Source of the DNA: a virus
Lineage: Duplodnaviria > Caudoviricetes
Reading direction: 5' to 3' (one strand)
Length of the DNA: 55,558 nt
IMG/VR virus record: IMGVR_UViG_3300037583_000002
Span: 1-55,558 of that record
The notes under the pieces were generated by a model. It was not told the origin of the DNA and made no database searches. It saw only the letters and a list, made by a program, of their open reading frames with translations. Positions within the stretch are counted from its first letter, which is position 1. Each line of letters begins with the position of its first letter. Positions 28,137-37,307 of the stretch are shown piece by piece. Both the position numbers and the translations under genes were made by a program.

Positions 28137-30266
28137 TTAGTCACCTCTGTTATTGTTTTTATTAGTGTTACTGTTAACTTTATTCGACGCATTATACGCC
28201 ATATCCATAGATTTCATAGCGATTTGGCTAGAAATACGCTTATCATTCATAGCGTTCTGGTTCTGATGGCCTCTAGCCGCCAAAGCGATACGAAGTGATA
28301 GCTCTTGCTCTTTAGCTACGCGCTCTTGTTCAAGTCGACGTAGTTCCATTTGAGCTTGATTGAAGCCACTTAATGAGTCGGCCTTAGCCATTTTCTCTTT
28401 AGCAGTCGCAAGTGCCACATCAATGTCTGCATCCACTTTTTCAAGCTCTTTGCGCAGCATGTTGATTTGGTGTTGAACCTGCATTTGTTCAAGCGCCGCT
28501 TGTTCTTCGCTAGGCTCACCAAAGCCTTGACTCTCCTTAAGGAACTCAGCGATTTCACTACGCTTGGTAAGGTTCGAGTGCTGAACGATCACATGGTCTG
28601 GGATAGCCACACCCATCTCACGTAAGCGCAGTGCTTCCTCAAACTCTTGGTCGGCCATAGTACCGCCCGAAGGCCTAAAGCTCACTTCAACGTCATAATC
28701 ACCAACGGTCACGTCATTGATTATGTTTCCGTCCTCGTCTGGCATATTGATACCGACTTCCTCTGTACGCTCCTCGCCATGAAGAATACTACTACCCGTC
28801 ACTTTAAAGTAGCGAGTCTCACTGTAGAAGTCTTGAACCAGCTCAAGTACCTTACGACCAACCATTCGACGAGCGCGTTTTAGGTTACTCACGATCACCG
28901 ACACTTGGATTTGACCACGACTCACAGCGGCCTCCTGCGCACGGCCTGATTGGTCAGCGCGAGCCGTACCAAGCATTGACGCGTTAACAGACGAAATCTC
29001 ACGGATAGTCGCAGCGGCCTTCTGCGAAATACGGTCGATACCTGTTGGTATCTGGTTAGGCTGAATCTTATCTGGTTTCTCGTAGCCACGTTTGTACTGT
29101 AGCACTAGGCCAGTTTCAGCACCGCGTTCCTCCAAGTCCTCCGCGTCCATATCAACCAGCGAGTCCTCTTGCACTACCCAACCGCTATTAGCTGTTGTGT
29201 TAACGATGTGCAACTCTTGCGAGCTGGTCTTGTTAAGTAGGTTCTGCGGGTCGATTAGGTTATCCACTGGACCGAACGGATTACCACGGCGGAAGTACGG
29301 GAAGAACGGCACGATAGTAAACGAGCGGTAGATTGACCAATCATCATGCAGCAGAATGTCGTCCGCTGTGACAGTCATTCGCACTCGACGACCTTTGCGT
29401 TTGATTAGCTCAAGGCCGTACTGCTCTGCGAACGCCTCCATTTCCTCTTTGTCAGTGCCGAAAGGAACTGGGCGCATATTGCCCGTTTTCATATCGACAA
29501 AATGGAACTGCTCATCAACCTCAAAGTGCTGGCGCTCGATAACGCGGACACGTCTTAGTTGTCGGCTGTCCTTCTCGTCCATCGAAGTTGTGCGGTTTGT
29601 GCCACCGAACGTACCTTCAAAGTATTCAAAGTTATCGTCCGTGTTGTAGCTGCTACTATCAACTAGGCGCTCTAAGCCTTCGACTTTCTCCCAGCCATAC
29701 GTAGCGCCAATCTCGTCAAGCGTTAGCCAGCGTGAGATAAACACCTCGTTCCATGTAGACGGGTCTGCGCTTTTCGCTTCACCGTCGGGAACAACGTCAA
29801 TCGGGTCTTCCGACGTAATAGTCACCTCACCTTGTAGGTTTTTCTCGAAGCTCATGCGAACGTCATAATACCCACGGCCTGTGATTAGGCCATCAGCAAA
29901 CACATCTTCTTCGGTATCGTCGAAGTGCGTTACCGCAAGAATACTGCGGGTGATGGCATTAAGCGCGAACGCAGTGCCCTCATCGCCGTAGTCACGCGGT
30001 CGGTAGACAACTTCAACCTTACGCTCAAGCTGCTCACCTATGATGGCGTTCACCGTTGATAAGATCATATTAAGCGTCAAGGCTGGTCGGCCTTCACGGT
30101 CTAGGCGGGCTTTATCCTCTTTGTTCCACTGATCACCTGCGTAAAAGTTGTTGTTACGCACAGCGCGTTTGATAAAGTCCTTATGCTTGGTGTTGTTCGC
30201 TTCCTCAAATCGGGTCTGATTATCACGAGCAACAACCCTCGGGTCTCTTTTCTTATTTCTACTCAT
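28137..30266 (-). CDS. Portal protein (P22/933W-like)
   Basis: FYAGDQW...GRPALTLN, GLITGRGY, LIDPQ..LNK..S, ND.TVG.YDV motifs. Confidence 0.92.
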   Translation of the reverse strand: MSRNKKRDPRVVARDNQTRFEEANNTKHKDFIKRAVRNNNFYAGDQWNKEDKARLDREGRPALTLNMILSTVNAIIGEQLERKVEVVYRPRDYGDEGTAFALNAITRSILAVTHFDDTEEDVFADGLITGRGYYDVRMSFEKNLQGEVTITSEDPIDVVPDGEAKSADPSTWNEVFISRWLTLDEIGATYGWEKVEGLERLVDSSSYNTDDNFEYFEGTFGGTNRTTSMDEKDSRQLRRVRVIERQHFEVDEQFHFVDMKTGNMRPVPFGTDKEEMEAFAEQYGLELIKRKGRRVRMTVTADDILLHDDWSIYRSFTIVPFFPYFRRGNPFGPVDNLIDPQNLLNKTSSQELHIVNTTANSGWVVQEDSLVDMDAEDLEERGAETGLVLQYKRGYEKPDKIQPNQIPTGIDRISQKAAATIREISSVNASMLGTARADQSGRAQEAAVSRGQIQVSVIVSNLKRARRMVGRKVLELVQDFYSETRYFKVTGSSILHGEERTEEVGINMPDEDGNIINDVTVGDYDVEVSFRPSGGTMADQEFEEALRLREMGVAIPDHVIVQHSNLTKRSEIAEFLKESQGFGEPSEEQAALEQMQVQHQINMLRKELEKVDADIDVALATAKEKMAKADSLSGFNQAQMELRRLEQERVAKEQELSLRIALAARGHQNQNAMNDKRISSQIAMKSMDMAYNASNKVNSNTNKNNNRGD
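28160..28176. promoter_or_regulatory. 17-bp operator embedded in portal 3' end, upstream of scaffold
   Basis: TATTAGTGTTACTGTTA; degenerate partner at 28135. Confidence 0.7.
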
Positions 30267-30484
30267 TCACGGTCCAACCTATCGGTTAGTCGGTCAATTG
30301 CGTTAGTAAGCGCTGTGAGCGTTGTATCCAGCTTCGCACTGTCAATTTCGAGTGTGCGGATACTTGTCGCGTTGAGTTTCAGCTCCTCTTTGATGGGTAG
30401 TATGACTAGCTTATGCCACAAGCCAATCACGGCCACAAAAAGCGAGCCTAACGCGATTATCTGTTTTATAGTTTCAGCGTCCAA
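30263..30484 (-). CDS. Small membrane protein, possible holin
   Basis: One N-terminal hydrophobic helix plus coiled coil; TTG start; ATGA overlap with portal. Confidence 0.55.
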   Translation of the reverse strand: MDAETIKQIIALGSLFVAVIGLWHKLVILPIKEELKLNATSIRTLEIDSAKLDTTLTALTNAIDRLTDRLDRE

Positions 30485-30508
30485 GTTTCACGACCTGTTG
30501 TTGTTATT

Positions 30509-30558
30509 ATTATTATTTACTGTTAGCCAATAATAACAGTAGCACTGTTAATTCTCAA
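30509..30558 (-). promoter_or_regulatory. Promoter with operator in spacer (holin-portal)
   Basis: TTGAGA-17bp-TATTAT with TG extension; TAACAGTAGCACTGTTA at 30534-30550; half-site at 30509. Confidence 0.8.
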
Positions 30559-30564
30559 TAAACG

Positions 30565-32289
30565 CTAAGCAGCCATACCGCTTTTATGACGGCCTCTAGT
30601 GCCGCCACCAAACTTACGCAATTTGTCCTTAAACGACTTTTTAGGCTTGGGCTTCTTCTCGTTACGAATACCAAATAGCATGAGCATTTGACCAATCCAA
30701 GCCAACGCATCCACTTGGTCATCATTAGCGCCTAACGGGAACTTAAGTAGCTCGTTCTGTAGCGAACTCATCCACGGTGTCGACTCTATGGTAGGGAAAA
30801 TAACCTTGCCCTGTTCCATACGACCCTGTATCGGCCTAGCACGTGTACCTTTGTCTGCGCCGCGTGTTCTAAGCTTCTCGTAACGAAGTGAGATACCACG
30901 TTCCTGCTCGGCCTTTTGAATGAACGGCTCTAGCGTTAGCTCAATCTGGCCTGTCTCGATACCAAACAGCTCAGGGTTATACTTCGTCTGAATCTCAAAC
31001 ATGCGGTCAATGATACCCAACGAGTTCCATCGGCCACGTATCAGGTCAACAATCCAAATATTCTGCTTACGGTCGATACCGACTACCACAAACACACTGT
31101 AGTCCGCCGTTTGCTTTGTAGAGATAGCCAAATCAGCCGCTGCATACAGACGCATGTCCTCCAACGGTGGTAGCTCGCCAATCTTGTAGTAGCGGAACAT
31201 ATCACGCGTGAAAAAGTCACCGTCCTCAGACACTGGCCTTTGCTGGTAAAGCGCCTCCCAATCTCGCGGTATCATGGCACGTTTTATACGACGTAGCGCG
31301 GGTAACGGATAACGTTCCTCGTGTAGCGCCTCGCCCTTCTTACGGTACTTTTCGTCCTGTGTCGCGATAGCTGGGTACTCAACCAAATCCCATTGGTCTA
31401 CGTCCTCTGGGATAGGTTCGCCCTTCTCCTCCGCCTCTTTTTTCGCTTCCTCAAATACGTTTAATAGCCAACCCGCAAGGTCATCATCGTGCCAGCGAGT
31501 CTGAATTATCAGCACACCGCCCCCTGGTGCAAGACGCGTGTAGAATGCCGATGAGTACCAATCTTTTACCTTTTGGCGGGTAACTTCCGACTCAGCTTCT
31601 TCACGGTTTTTTACGGGATCGTCAATGATACCTAAGTGCGCACCACGACCCGTTATCGGACCACCTACACCCGCCGCAGTGAAGCCACCGCCCTCGGTAG
31701 TCATCCACTTTTTAACGCTCTTAGTATCTGGCGATAGGCGTGTCTTGAACGCCGCCTTGAACTTGTCGGTGTCCAGTAGGTCACGACACTTACGGCTAAA
31801 GTCCTCTGCTAAGTCGCCCGAGTACGAACAGGTGATAACCTCATGCGTAGGGTTACGGCCTAAGTACCAGCTAGGGAATGTTTTAGAGCCTATTTCCGAC
31901 TTACCGTGTCGCGGTGGCATCGTAATCATCAGCCGTGGCGATAGGCCGTTCTCAATGTCCTGCGCGAATTTCTCAAGCCGCATACAAATATCGGCATGAA
32001 CCCAGCCGGGCATGTAAGCGTCATTATGCCGCTTAATGAAGGGTAAAAGACGACGACGAACCAGCTCACGTTCAGCAAGCTCTTTCCTAGCCTCAAGCTC
32101 TACGTTAAACGCCTCTATTTCTTCCTCTCTGACGCGTTTGAACTCATGTTCGATTCGTTGTACTGACTCTTTGTTAGATGGCCTCACAAACGTTCCCAGC
32201 TGCTTTGCGCAACTTAGGCAGTGTTTTTGGTCATACATTTCAAAGTGAGGAACAGTGCGTAAACATTCATGGCAATGCTCAGTCCTCAT
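30565..32289 (-). CDS. terL: Terminase large subunit with N-terminal CxxC-CxxC
   Basis: MPPRHGKS Walker A, GRGAHLGIIDDP, QTRWHDDDL, DLA, DDQVDAL; start placed at MRTEHC overlapping terS. Confidence 0.95.
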   Translation of the reverse strand: MRTEHCHECLRTVPHFEMYDQKHCLSCAKQLGTFVRPSNKESVQRIEHEFKRVREEEIEAFNVELEARKELAERELVRRRLLPFIKRHNDAYMPGWVHADICMRLEKFAQDIENGLSPRLMITMPPRHGKSEIGSKTFPSWYLGRNPTHEVITCSYSGDLAEDFSRKCRDLLDTDKFKAAFKTRLSPDTKSVKKWMTTEGGGFTAAGVGGPITGRGAHLGIIDDPVKNREEAESEVTRQKVKDWYSSAFYTRLAPGGGVLIIQTRWHDDDLAGWLLNVFEEAKKEAEEKGEPIPEDVDQWDLVEYPAIATQDEKYRKKGEALHEERYPLPALRRIKRAMIPRDWEALYQQRPVSEDGDFFTRDMFRYYKIGELPPLEDMRLYAAADLAISTKQTADYSVFVVVGIDRKQNIWIVDLIRGRWNSLGIIDRMFEIQTKYNPELFGIETGQIELTLEPFIQKAEQERGISLRYEKLRTRGADKGTRARPIQGRMEQGKVIFPTIESTPWMSSLQNELLKFPLGANDDQVDALAWIGQMLMLFGIRNEKKPKPKKSFKDKLRKFGGGTRGRHKSGMAA

Positions 32290-32785
32290 CGTGCGCCACC
32301 TTATACTCATCAGGTGACAATTGAATATCTTGTCCAGCCATTTTGAGTAGTTGCTCATCGTCCATAGTTTCCATCTGGCTACGGTTAGTGATGTTGACTT
32401 CGACTTTTTCAGGTGTTGCTAGGCCATGCAGCTTAACGAGCGAATCCACCGCACGTATTTCTTCCATCGCTGTCGCTGACTTGGCATGCGCCTCAAGATA
32501 TAGGGCTGTTGCGTCGTCCTTGGTGAACTCAATAGCCCCCGCTTGGACTGCAACTTGCCTTTGCATTTCGCGCATGTAAGAGATTGCTAGACTTATGTCC
32601 TCACGCTGAGATAACTCAGCCACCGCCCTTGCTGGGTACTTGTAACCCGCCGCACGAGCCGCCGCAGAAGGATTGATCCCCTGAGTGCGGCGTTGAACGT
32701 AGGTTTCTTCTTGTGCTGTTAGGCGGGCAATGCCAAGCGACGCATAACTCCCGCTAAGCGTTGATAGTGAATATTCCCCCGACAT
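32279..32785 (-). CDS. terS: Terminase small subunit
   Basis: LT.QEE.YV...G.NPSAAARAAGY HTH; immediately upstream of terL. Confidence 0.85.
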   Translation of the reverse strand: MSGEYSLSTLSGSYASLGIARLTAQEETYVQRRTQGINPSAAARAAGYKYPARAVAELSQREDISLAISYMREMQRQVAVQAGAIEFTKDDATALYLEAHAKSATAMEEIRAVDSLVKLHGLATPEKVEVNITNRSQMETMDDEQLLKMAGQDIQLSPDEYKVAHDED

Positions 32786-33109
32786 TTACTCACTCCAAAC
32801 TAACGTGTTGTCACCAACAAGTTCCCACTGAGCAATATCAATATCGAAAGGTTCACGTACGAGGATGCGCACTGAGCTGTAGTCAACGCCACCCATACGG
32901 CACTCGCCAACGTACGCTACGTTAGGCGCATGTTTCAAGTTAAGCGTGTCAATCGCCGTCCCAGCGAACATGCCTAGTGGGATAACGAGTTTAAATTCTT
33001 GGGGGTTGCTTCGTGGCGTAACCACGTACTTGGTTTCAATTTCACTGGCCGTGTTCATAAGCTCTACGGCGGTGTTACGCAACGATTCAACAAGGGCATT
33101 TGTTTTCAT
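32786..33109 (-). CDS. Hypothetical protein, first gene of leftward operon
   Basis: GAGG RBS before ATG at 33109 (MKTNALV). Confidence 0.7.
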   Translation of the reverse strand: MKTNALVESLRNTAVELMNTASEIETKYVVTPRSNPQEFKLVIPLGMFAGTAIDTLNLKHAPNVAYVGECRMGGVDYSSVRILVREPFDIDIAQWELVGDNTLVWSE

Positions 33110-33112
33110 TAT

Positions 33113-33166
33113 TATTAGCCTCACTGTTATTTTTCCTAATAGTAACACTGTTAAGTTTTACAGCAA
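33113..33166 (-). promoter_or_regulatory. Leftward promoter with operator pair and LexA-like box
   Basis: TTGCTG-16bp-TACTAT with TG extension; operators 33113-33129 and 33137-33153; CTGT-TAAGTTTT-ACAG at 33148-33163. Confidence 0.65.
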
Positions 33167-33394
33167 AAAATTTAGAAAAAAATATGGGCAAATCCCCCTG
33201 TGAAGCCCCTCCCCCCTTGTTTGTTTTTTGTCCTAGGTCGAAGGCCGCGTTTTCTGTGTCTGTGGTTGGTTGTTCATATGTATGTGCTTTCTCTCAGAAG
33301 GCGCGGTCGGTTCGGATCGAGTTTGATTCGAGTCATTCATAAATCGGGACATTGAACCTACTTAGGAGTCCCAACAACATAAAAGGTAAACATT

Positions 33395-34870
33395 ATGAAA
33401 AACGTACTTATCTCTAACGCAGACACTAAAGGTTTCACAGCTAACGGCCAAGCAGCGCTAAGCATGTCAACCTCAGAGCTAACGAAACAAGCAGTGCTAG
33501 CAATAGATGAGCTATCAACGGTATACGGCCACCGTACGAACTATGTGGTACGTGGTATCGCATGGGCTATCAAGTCAGAGTTAAACAAGATGGTGCGCCA
33601 AGCGGACAACACTATCGCAACGTCAATGGCACTGGCAATCAAGGACGCAGACAGCGAGAGAATACGCAAGATGAGCAGCGCAGTGACCAGCGTGGCTGAT
33701 TGGGCTGAGGAGCTGTTCAAACAGTATCAAGGACATGCTCAAGTGCTTAGTACGCTTGGTGACTACGTGTTCGAGCTTCATCCATTCCAACGCGCTATCG
33801 AGGCTACGTTCGAGGTTAACAACGACCTTGATGATGGTTTCTTAGAAGATGGAGAGCTTAACGACCTTGCAGACCTTGGCTTCTACGAGGAGGACGATGA
33901 GGCCGCAGAATGGCTGGCAGAGAATGAGCTAGTACACGATATGCAGCAACACGACCTACGCAAGCAAAAGGTTAACGTGACACAAGCGATGGATAGCGAA
34001 CGCAAGGTTGTGTACGAGGACGTGAGCAAAGAGGAGTGGATTGATGATCGCCTACACAGAACACCTGACGAGTGGACACAAGGCGCTCAATACGGTGCTT
34101 GGGCAATCATGAAGCAACTACGTGGTAAAGCCATTGCGGATAAAAACTACGGGCTTGTGGTTGAACACATCGGTGATATGCCAGAAAAGAGCATACCATT
34201 CGCTACCAAGTGCATGCGCAAGGCCATCGACTTCTCAAACAAAATCGAACGCCTTGAGGGTAGAAAGCAATACGTACTCGACCAAATACACAAAATGGAT
34301 AACACAAGCGAGGAGCTAACAATCGCTGCAATGTCTAACGCAGTTCGCGACGACGAAGTTACAGAGGTTGATAAGCTACTACGTGAGACACGTATCGTAC
34401 ACGCCTACCTAGAGCACTACGCAGCAGAGTTCCGCAAGTTGCTAGACCTTGTAGAGCTAGACACGCCAGTTCGCGTCTACTCATCATACATGACCTTCGA
34501 CCCTATCGAGTTCCTAGTGGCGCAGATGGTTAAGAAGGCTGGCTACACAGGGACACGCGTTAGTCCACGCAAGCAAGCTGAGTTCCAAGCTGACGCATAC
34601 CGACTGCTGGGCAACCCAACAACAATCGAGTCATTCACAACTGACGACGGTGTTGAGTTCTGGGGTGTTCATTTCACACAAGGTAGCGAGAAGAAGCTGG
34701 CCGAGGCTGCTAAAGAGATAAGCAAAGTACGCGCAATCCAATACCGCCAAGACGAGTTGGCTGCAAGAGCTGCGAAGCTTGAGAAGCTAACGAAATCAAC
34801 AGCAATGCGCAATAAAAAGCCTACTAGCCCGTTAGAGCTAGAGGCTATCACAAACAAATTTCTTTTCTAA
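33395..34870 (+). CDS. Hypothetical 491-aa helical early protein
   Basis: Long ORF, AAGGT RBS; no family recognised. Confidence 0.85.
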   Translation: MKNVLISNADTKGFTANGQAALSMSTSELTKQAVLAIDELSTVYGHRTNYVVRGIAWAIKSELNKMVRQADNTIATSMALAIKDADSERIRKMSSAVTSVADWAEELFKQYQGHAQVLSTLGDYVFELHPFQRAIEATFEVNNDLDDGFLEDGELNDLADLGFYEEDDEAAEWLAENELVHDMQQHDLRKQKVNVTQAMDSERKVVYEDVSKEEWIDDRLHRTPDEWTQGAQYGAWAIMKQLRGKAIADKNYGLVVEHIGDMPEKSIPFATKCMRKAIDFSNKIERLEGRKQYVLDQIHKMDNTSEELTIAAMSNAVRDDEVTEVDKLLRETRIVHAYLEHYAAEFRKLLDLVELDTPVRVYSSYMTFDPIEFLVAQMVKKAGYTGTRVSPRKQAEFQADAYRLLGNPTTIESFTTDDGVEFWGVHFTQGSEKKLAEAAKEISKVRAIQYRQDELAARAAKLEKLTKSTAMRNKKPTSPLELEAITNKFLF

Positions 34871-34892
34871 GATAACTTAGCTAAGAAACTAC

Positions 34893-34923
34893 GAGCAGGG
34901 TGCGGGAACACCCTGCTCATTTC
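34893..34923 (+). terminator. Hairpin/terminator
   Basis: GAGCAGGGTG/CACCCTGCTC stem. Confidence 0.65.
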
Positions 34924-34948
34924 TGAAATATAAAAGAGGTAAATATCT

Positions 34949-35386
34949 ATGTCAACCAACACATTATCACTTGATTCATTATTCGACACTGACGACTTAT
35001 TCGGTAGCGCTGCTGCCTATGAAGCAACACTTAACGCCCTAGATGCACCTGTGGAAACAGAGGAGGAGGAAATAGAAAAAATCCGTATACGCGCCTACAG
35101 CGAGGAGTATTACCAATGGATAGGCAAACGTATACCTACACCCGAGAAAAGCCCTGAGATAAATGCTGTGGAGGCGATAGTTGAGTCTGTAGCTGGTACT
35201 CACTGTAAAGCATGTAACGGAACAGGTCTGTACCGTATCCACAAGCACAACAAAGACATTCCATGCGCCAAGTGTGCTGGCAAAGGTAAAGTGACGGCTA
35301 TTGACGAAGCGCGTAGCCGTGCATACGCAGCACGCCGTGCTAAAGGTCTAGCGATGAGCACAAGCCACACTGACTACTTACACTAA
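34949..35386 (+). CDS. Protein with DnaJ-like zinc finger
   Basis: CKACNGTG and CAKCAGKG; GAGGT RBS. Confidence 0.8.
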   Translation: MSTNTLSLDSLFDTDDLFGSAAAYEATLNALDAPVETEEEEIEKIRIRAYSEEYYQWIGKRIPTPEKSPEINAVEAIVESVAGTHCKACNGTGLYRIHKHNKDIPCAKCAGKGKVTAIDEARSRAYAARRAKGLAMSTSHTDYLH

Positions 35387-35568
35387 TAGCTAGTGTGACA
35401 GTGAGCCCTGGTCTTTAGCCTCTAAAGCCTAGCCTTTCCCTCTAACCCCCTACCTAGTGACCTGCCCTGCTAACACTCACCACCCGCGCCATATGGCCCC
35501 AAAGTATGTTGTTCTGTTATCCCCTACATAGTGAGAAGTGAGGAAGGTGAAGAGATTAGACCTTTTGT

Positions 35569-35610
35569 GTGAGGACGTGAACAGTGAGGACGTGAGAAGT
35601 GAGGACGTGA
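35569..35610 (+). repeat. 15-bp period tandem repeat
   Basis: GTGAGGACGTGA at 35569, 35584, 35599; variant at 35531-35550. Confidence 0.85.
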
Positions 35611-36050
35611 GGATCGTCAAAGGAAAAAGGGCGAGTGTCGGATGGCAGAGGACGAATAGCAGATGTTGGTCATCAATCAGATTCCACGGATAAGACGGTT
35701 TGGAGAGTTCGATAGCGCAATGTGGACAGGATTGAATTGCGTTCTGTTTGGAGAATGGGCTGATGTTGGGATTAAGGGAGCTTAGATTTCGCTTACAGAC
35801 GTTCCACTTAACCTCAACGCTTAGTACGCTAGTACAGCCCGCTACGCTCCTACGCTCGTTCCTCGCTCCGCATGTCCTGCGTCCTGCGTCAAGGTAGATT
35901 CCACGACTGACACGAAAGTCCAAGCAATCACCCTTAATCCTGCACATAAGCCGGAGTCGGGTTCCGATGCTGAATTTATTTTTACGGGGGTCTTAGACGA
36001 CAGAAATTAAGAGGTATCCGAACGACAGAGGCCATTCAACGGGGGGCGCG

Positions 36051-36086
36051 CACTACTCTACGGTCACTACTCTACGGTCACTGCTC
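36051..36086 (+). repeat. 14-bp tandem repeat
   Basis: CACTACTCTACGGT x2 plus partial. Confidence 0.85.
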
Positions 36087-36204
36087 AACACTCATCGAGC
36101 AACGAGCAACGACCACCGACCAACACACATCACTTAACAGAGACCGACTGCTGGTGAGCGGTTGGCCCATAACACAGAGCAACCATTACAGACGGGAGAA
36201 CACG

Positions 36205-36438
36205 ATGCAACCGATAAACGCTTTACACAGACGACTGCTAGCGAGTGGCTATTCGATACTGGACGGGATAGCGCTGAGCTGGCATGCGATTGGCGACTAT
36301 GAGTTAGCGACCGACCTAGCGCGTGAATTGGGAGACCTTCGACTTGCGGCGCGATTAAAGCAGCAGGTATTGAACATCACGTATCAATTGAAAGAGATTG
36401 AGCGTCACATGCAGATTAACTTACAACGTGCGGCATAG
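36205..36438 (+). CDS. Hypothetical protein
   Basis: GGGAG RBS before ATG 36205 (MQPINAL). Confidence 0.65.
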   Translation: MQPINALHRRLLASGYSILDGIALSWHAIGDYELATDLARELGDLRLAARLKQQVLNITYQLKEIERHMQINLQRAA

Positions 36439-36449
36439 GAGACAGACTG

Positions 36450-36644
36450 ATGGGCATGAGTACACAGGACATGAGACAGCGAGCGGGTACGGCGAGGCTA
36501 GCGGCGGAGCAACAACGGGCGGCATGGCAACGGGCGATGAACGAGGGATTACCGGCGAGGGCTAGGCATCACGCGGAGCAGGCTGTGCGATTTGCGAGGG
36601 AGTGCAGACAGCTGATGGCGCGGTCGGGTGCTGTATATTGGTAG
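36450..36644 (+). CDS. Hypothetical Arg/Ala-rich protein
   Basis: AGGAG RBS. Confidence 0.6.
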   Translation: MGMSTQDMRQRAGTARLAAEQQRAAWQRAMNEGLPARARHHAEQAVRFARECRQLMARSGAVYW

Positions 36645-36782
36645 GCGATGGCGAAAGTTGGAAAGCGAGAGACAGATAGCGCTTAGTTATCAGCAACTTA
36701 CGACACAAAACTTATAATTATGAGCCTTTGACGACAAATGAGTGACCTACGGATGAGCGTTCTTTGGCGGTTGTTGGGGGAT

Positions 36783-37183
36783 GGTGGACAGAGGTTGGGG
36801 ATTGGCAAAAGTGTCCACCTTTTTAGGCCACCTGTCCACCTTTTTTCAGCACTGTCCAAGGGGGTTGGACGCCCGAAAGCAGCACCAGCAAAGGCTTTAG
36901 GCCAAAGTGTCCATGTTGTCCAACTTTGTCCGTACCTCTTATTATATATTTATTATTAATTAATACTTATTAAAGAGTAATAACAAAAAACTTTCTCTCA
37001 ATGCTAGGTATCCAAATGTTGGACAACATGGACAAGGTGGACAGACCCCTGTCGGGCGACGGTGCTATATTCTCACACATGCGTCCTAAAGGGGTGCGGG
37101 GTTAATGAGCACTCACTCAAAATTAAAAATAAGTGTCCACCTTTATTTTCAAACTTGGACACCCCTTTCAGAAGGCTGGACAC
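36783..37183. other. Candidate replication origin with TGTCCA(CC) iterons around an AT-rich core
   Basis: 12 TGTCCA/TGGACA hexamers; 17-bp perfect inverted repeat 36908-36924 / 37018-37034 flanking AT-rich 36938-36990. Confidence 0.7.
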
Positions 37184-37307
37184 TTTGTATAAAACGCGAA
37201 CACAGGTCGTGCCAGCGATCAACAACTGACCAGTAACTACTAAATTCTATTCTTTAACGCCCACTGACGGGCAAACACCATAAAACCATAACTTTTAGGA
37301 GACTGAT

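Noticed and set aside
35531-35780. GGA-rich tract as a CsrB/RsmZ-like sponge
   Set aside because: Few GGAs are in ANGGA context or hairpin loops; no clear promoter or terminator; purine skew can explain the count
35907-35920. CTGA...GAAA resembling a hammerhead core
   Set aside because: Lacks CUGANGA and stem II
35477-35947. 156-aa minus-strand ORF
   Set aside because: Opposes local gene direction, no convincing RBS, sequence mirrors the tandem repeats
35569-36086. Tandem repeats as CRISPR array with 47733 nuclease as Cas4
   Set aside because: No unique spacers of CRISPR length; the nuclease is the usual phage replication-module exonuclease
36738-36959. 73-aa ORF over the iteron region
   Set aside because: Translation merely reflects the repeats; no RBS
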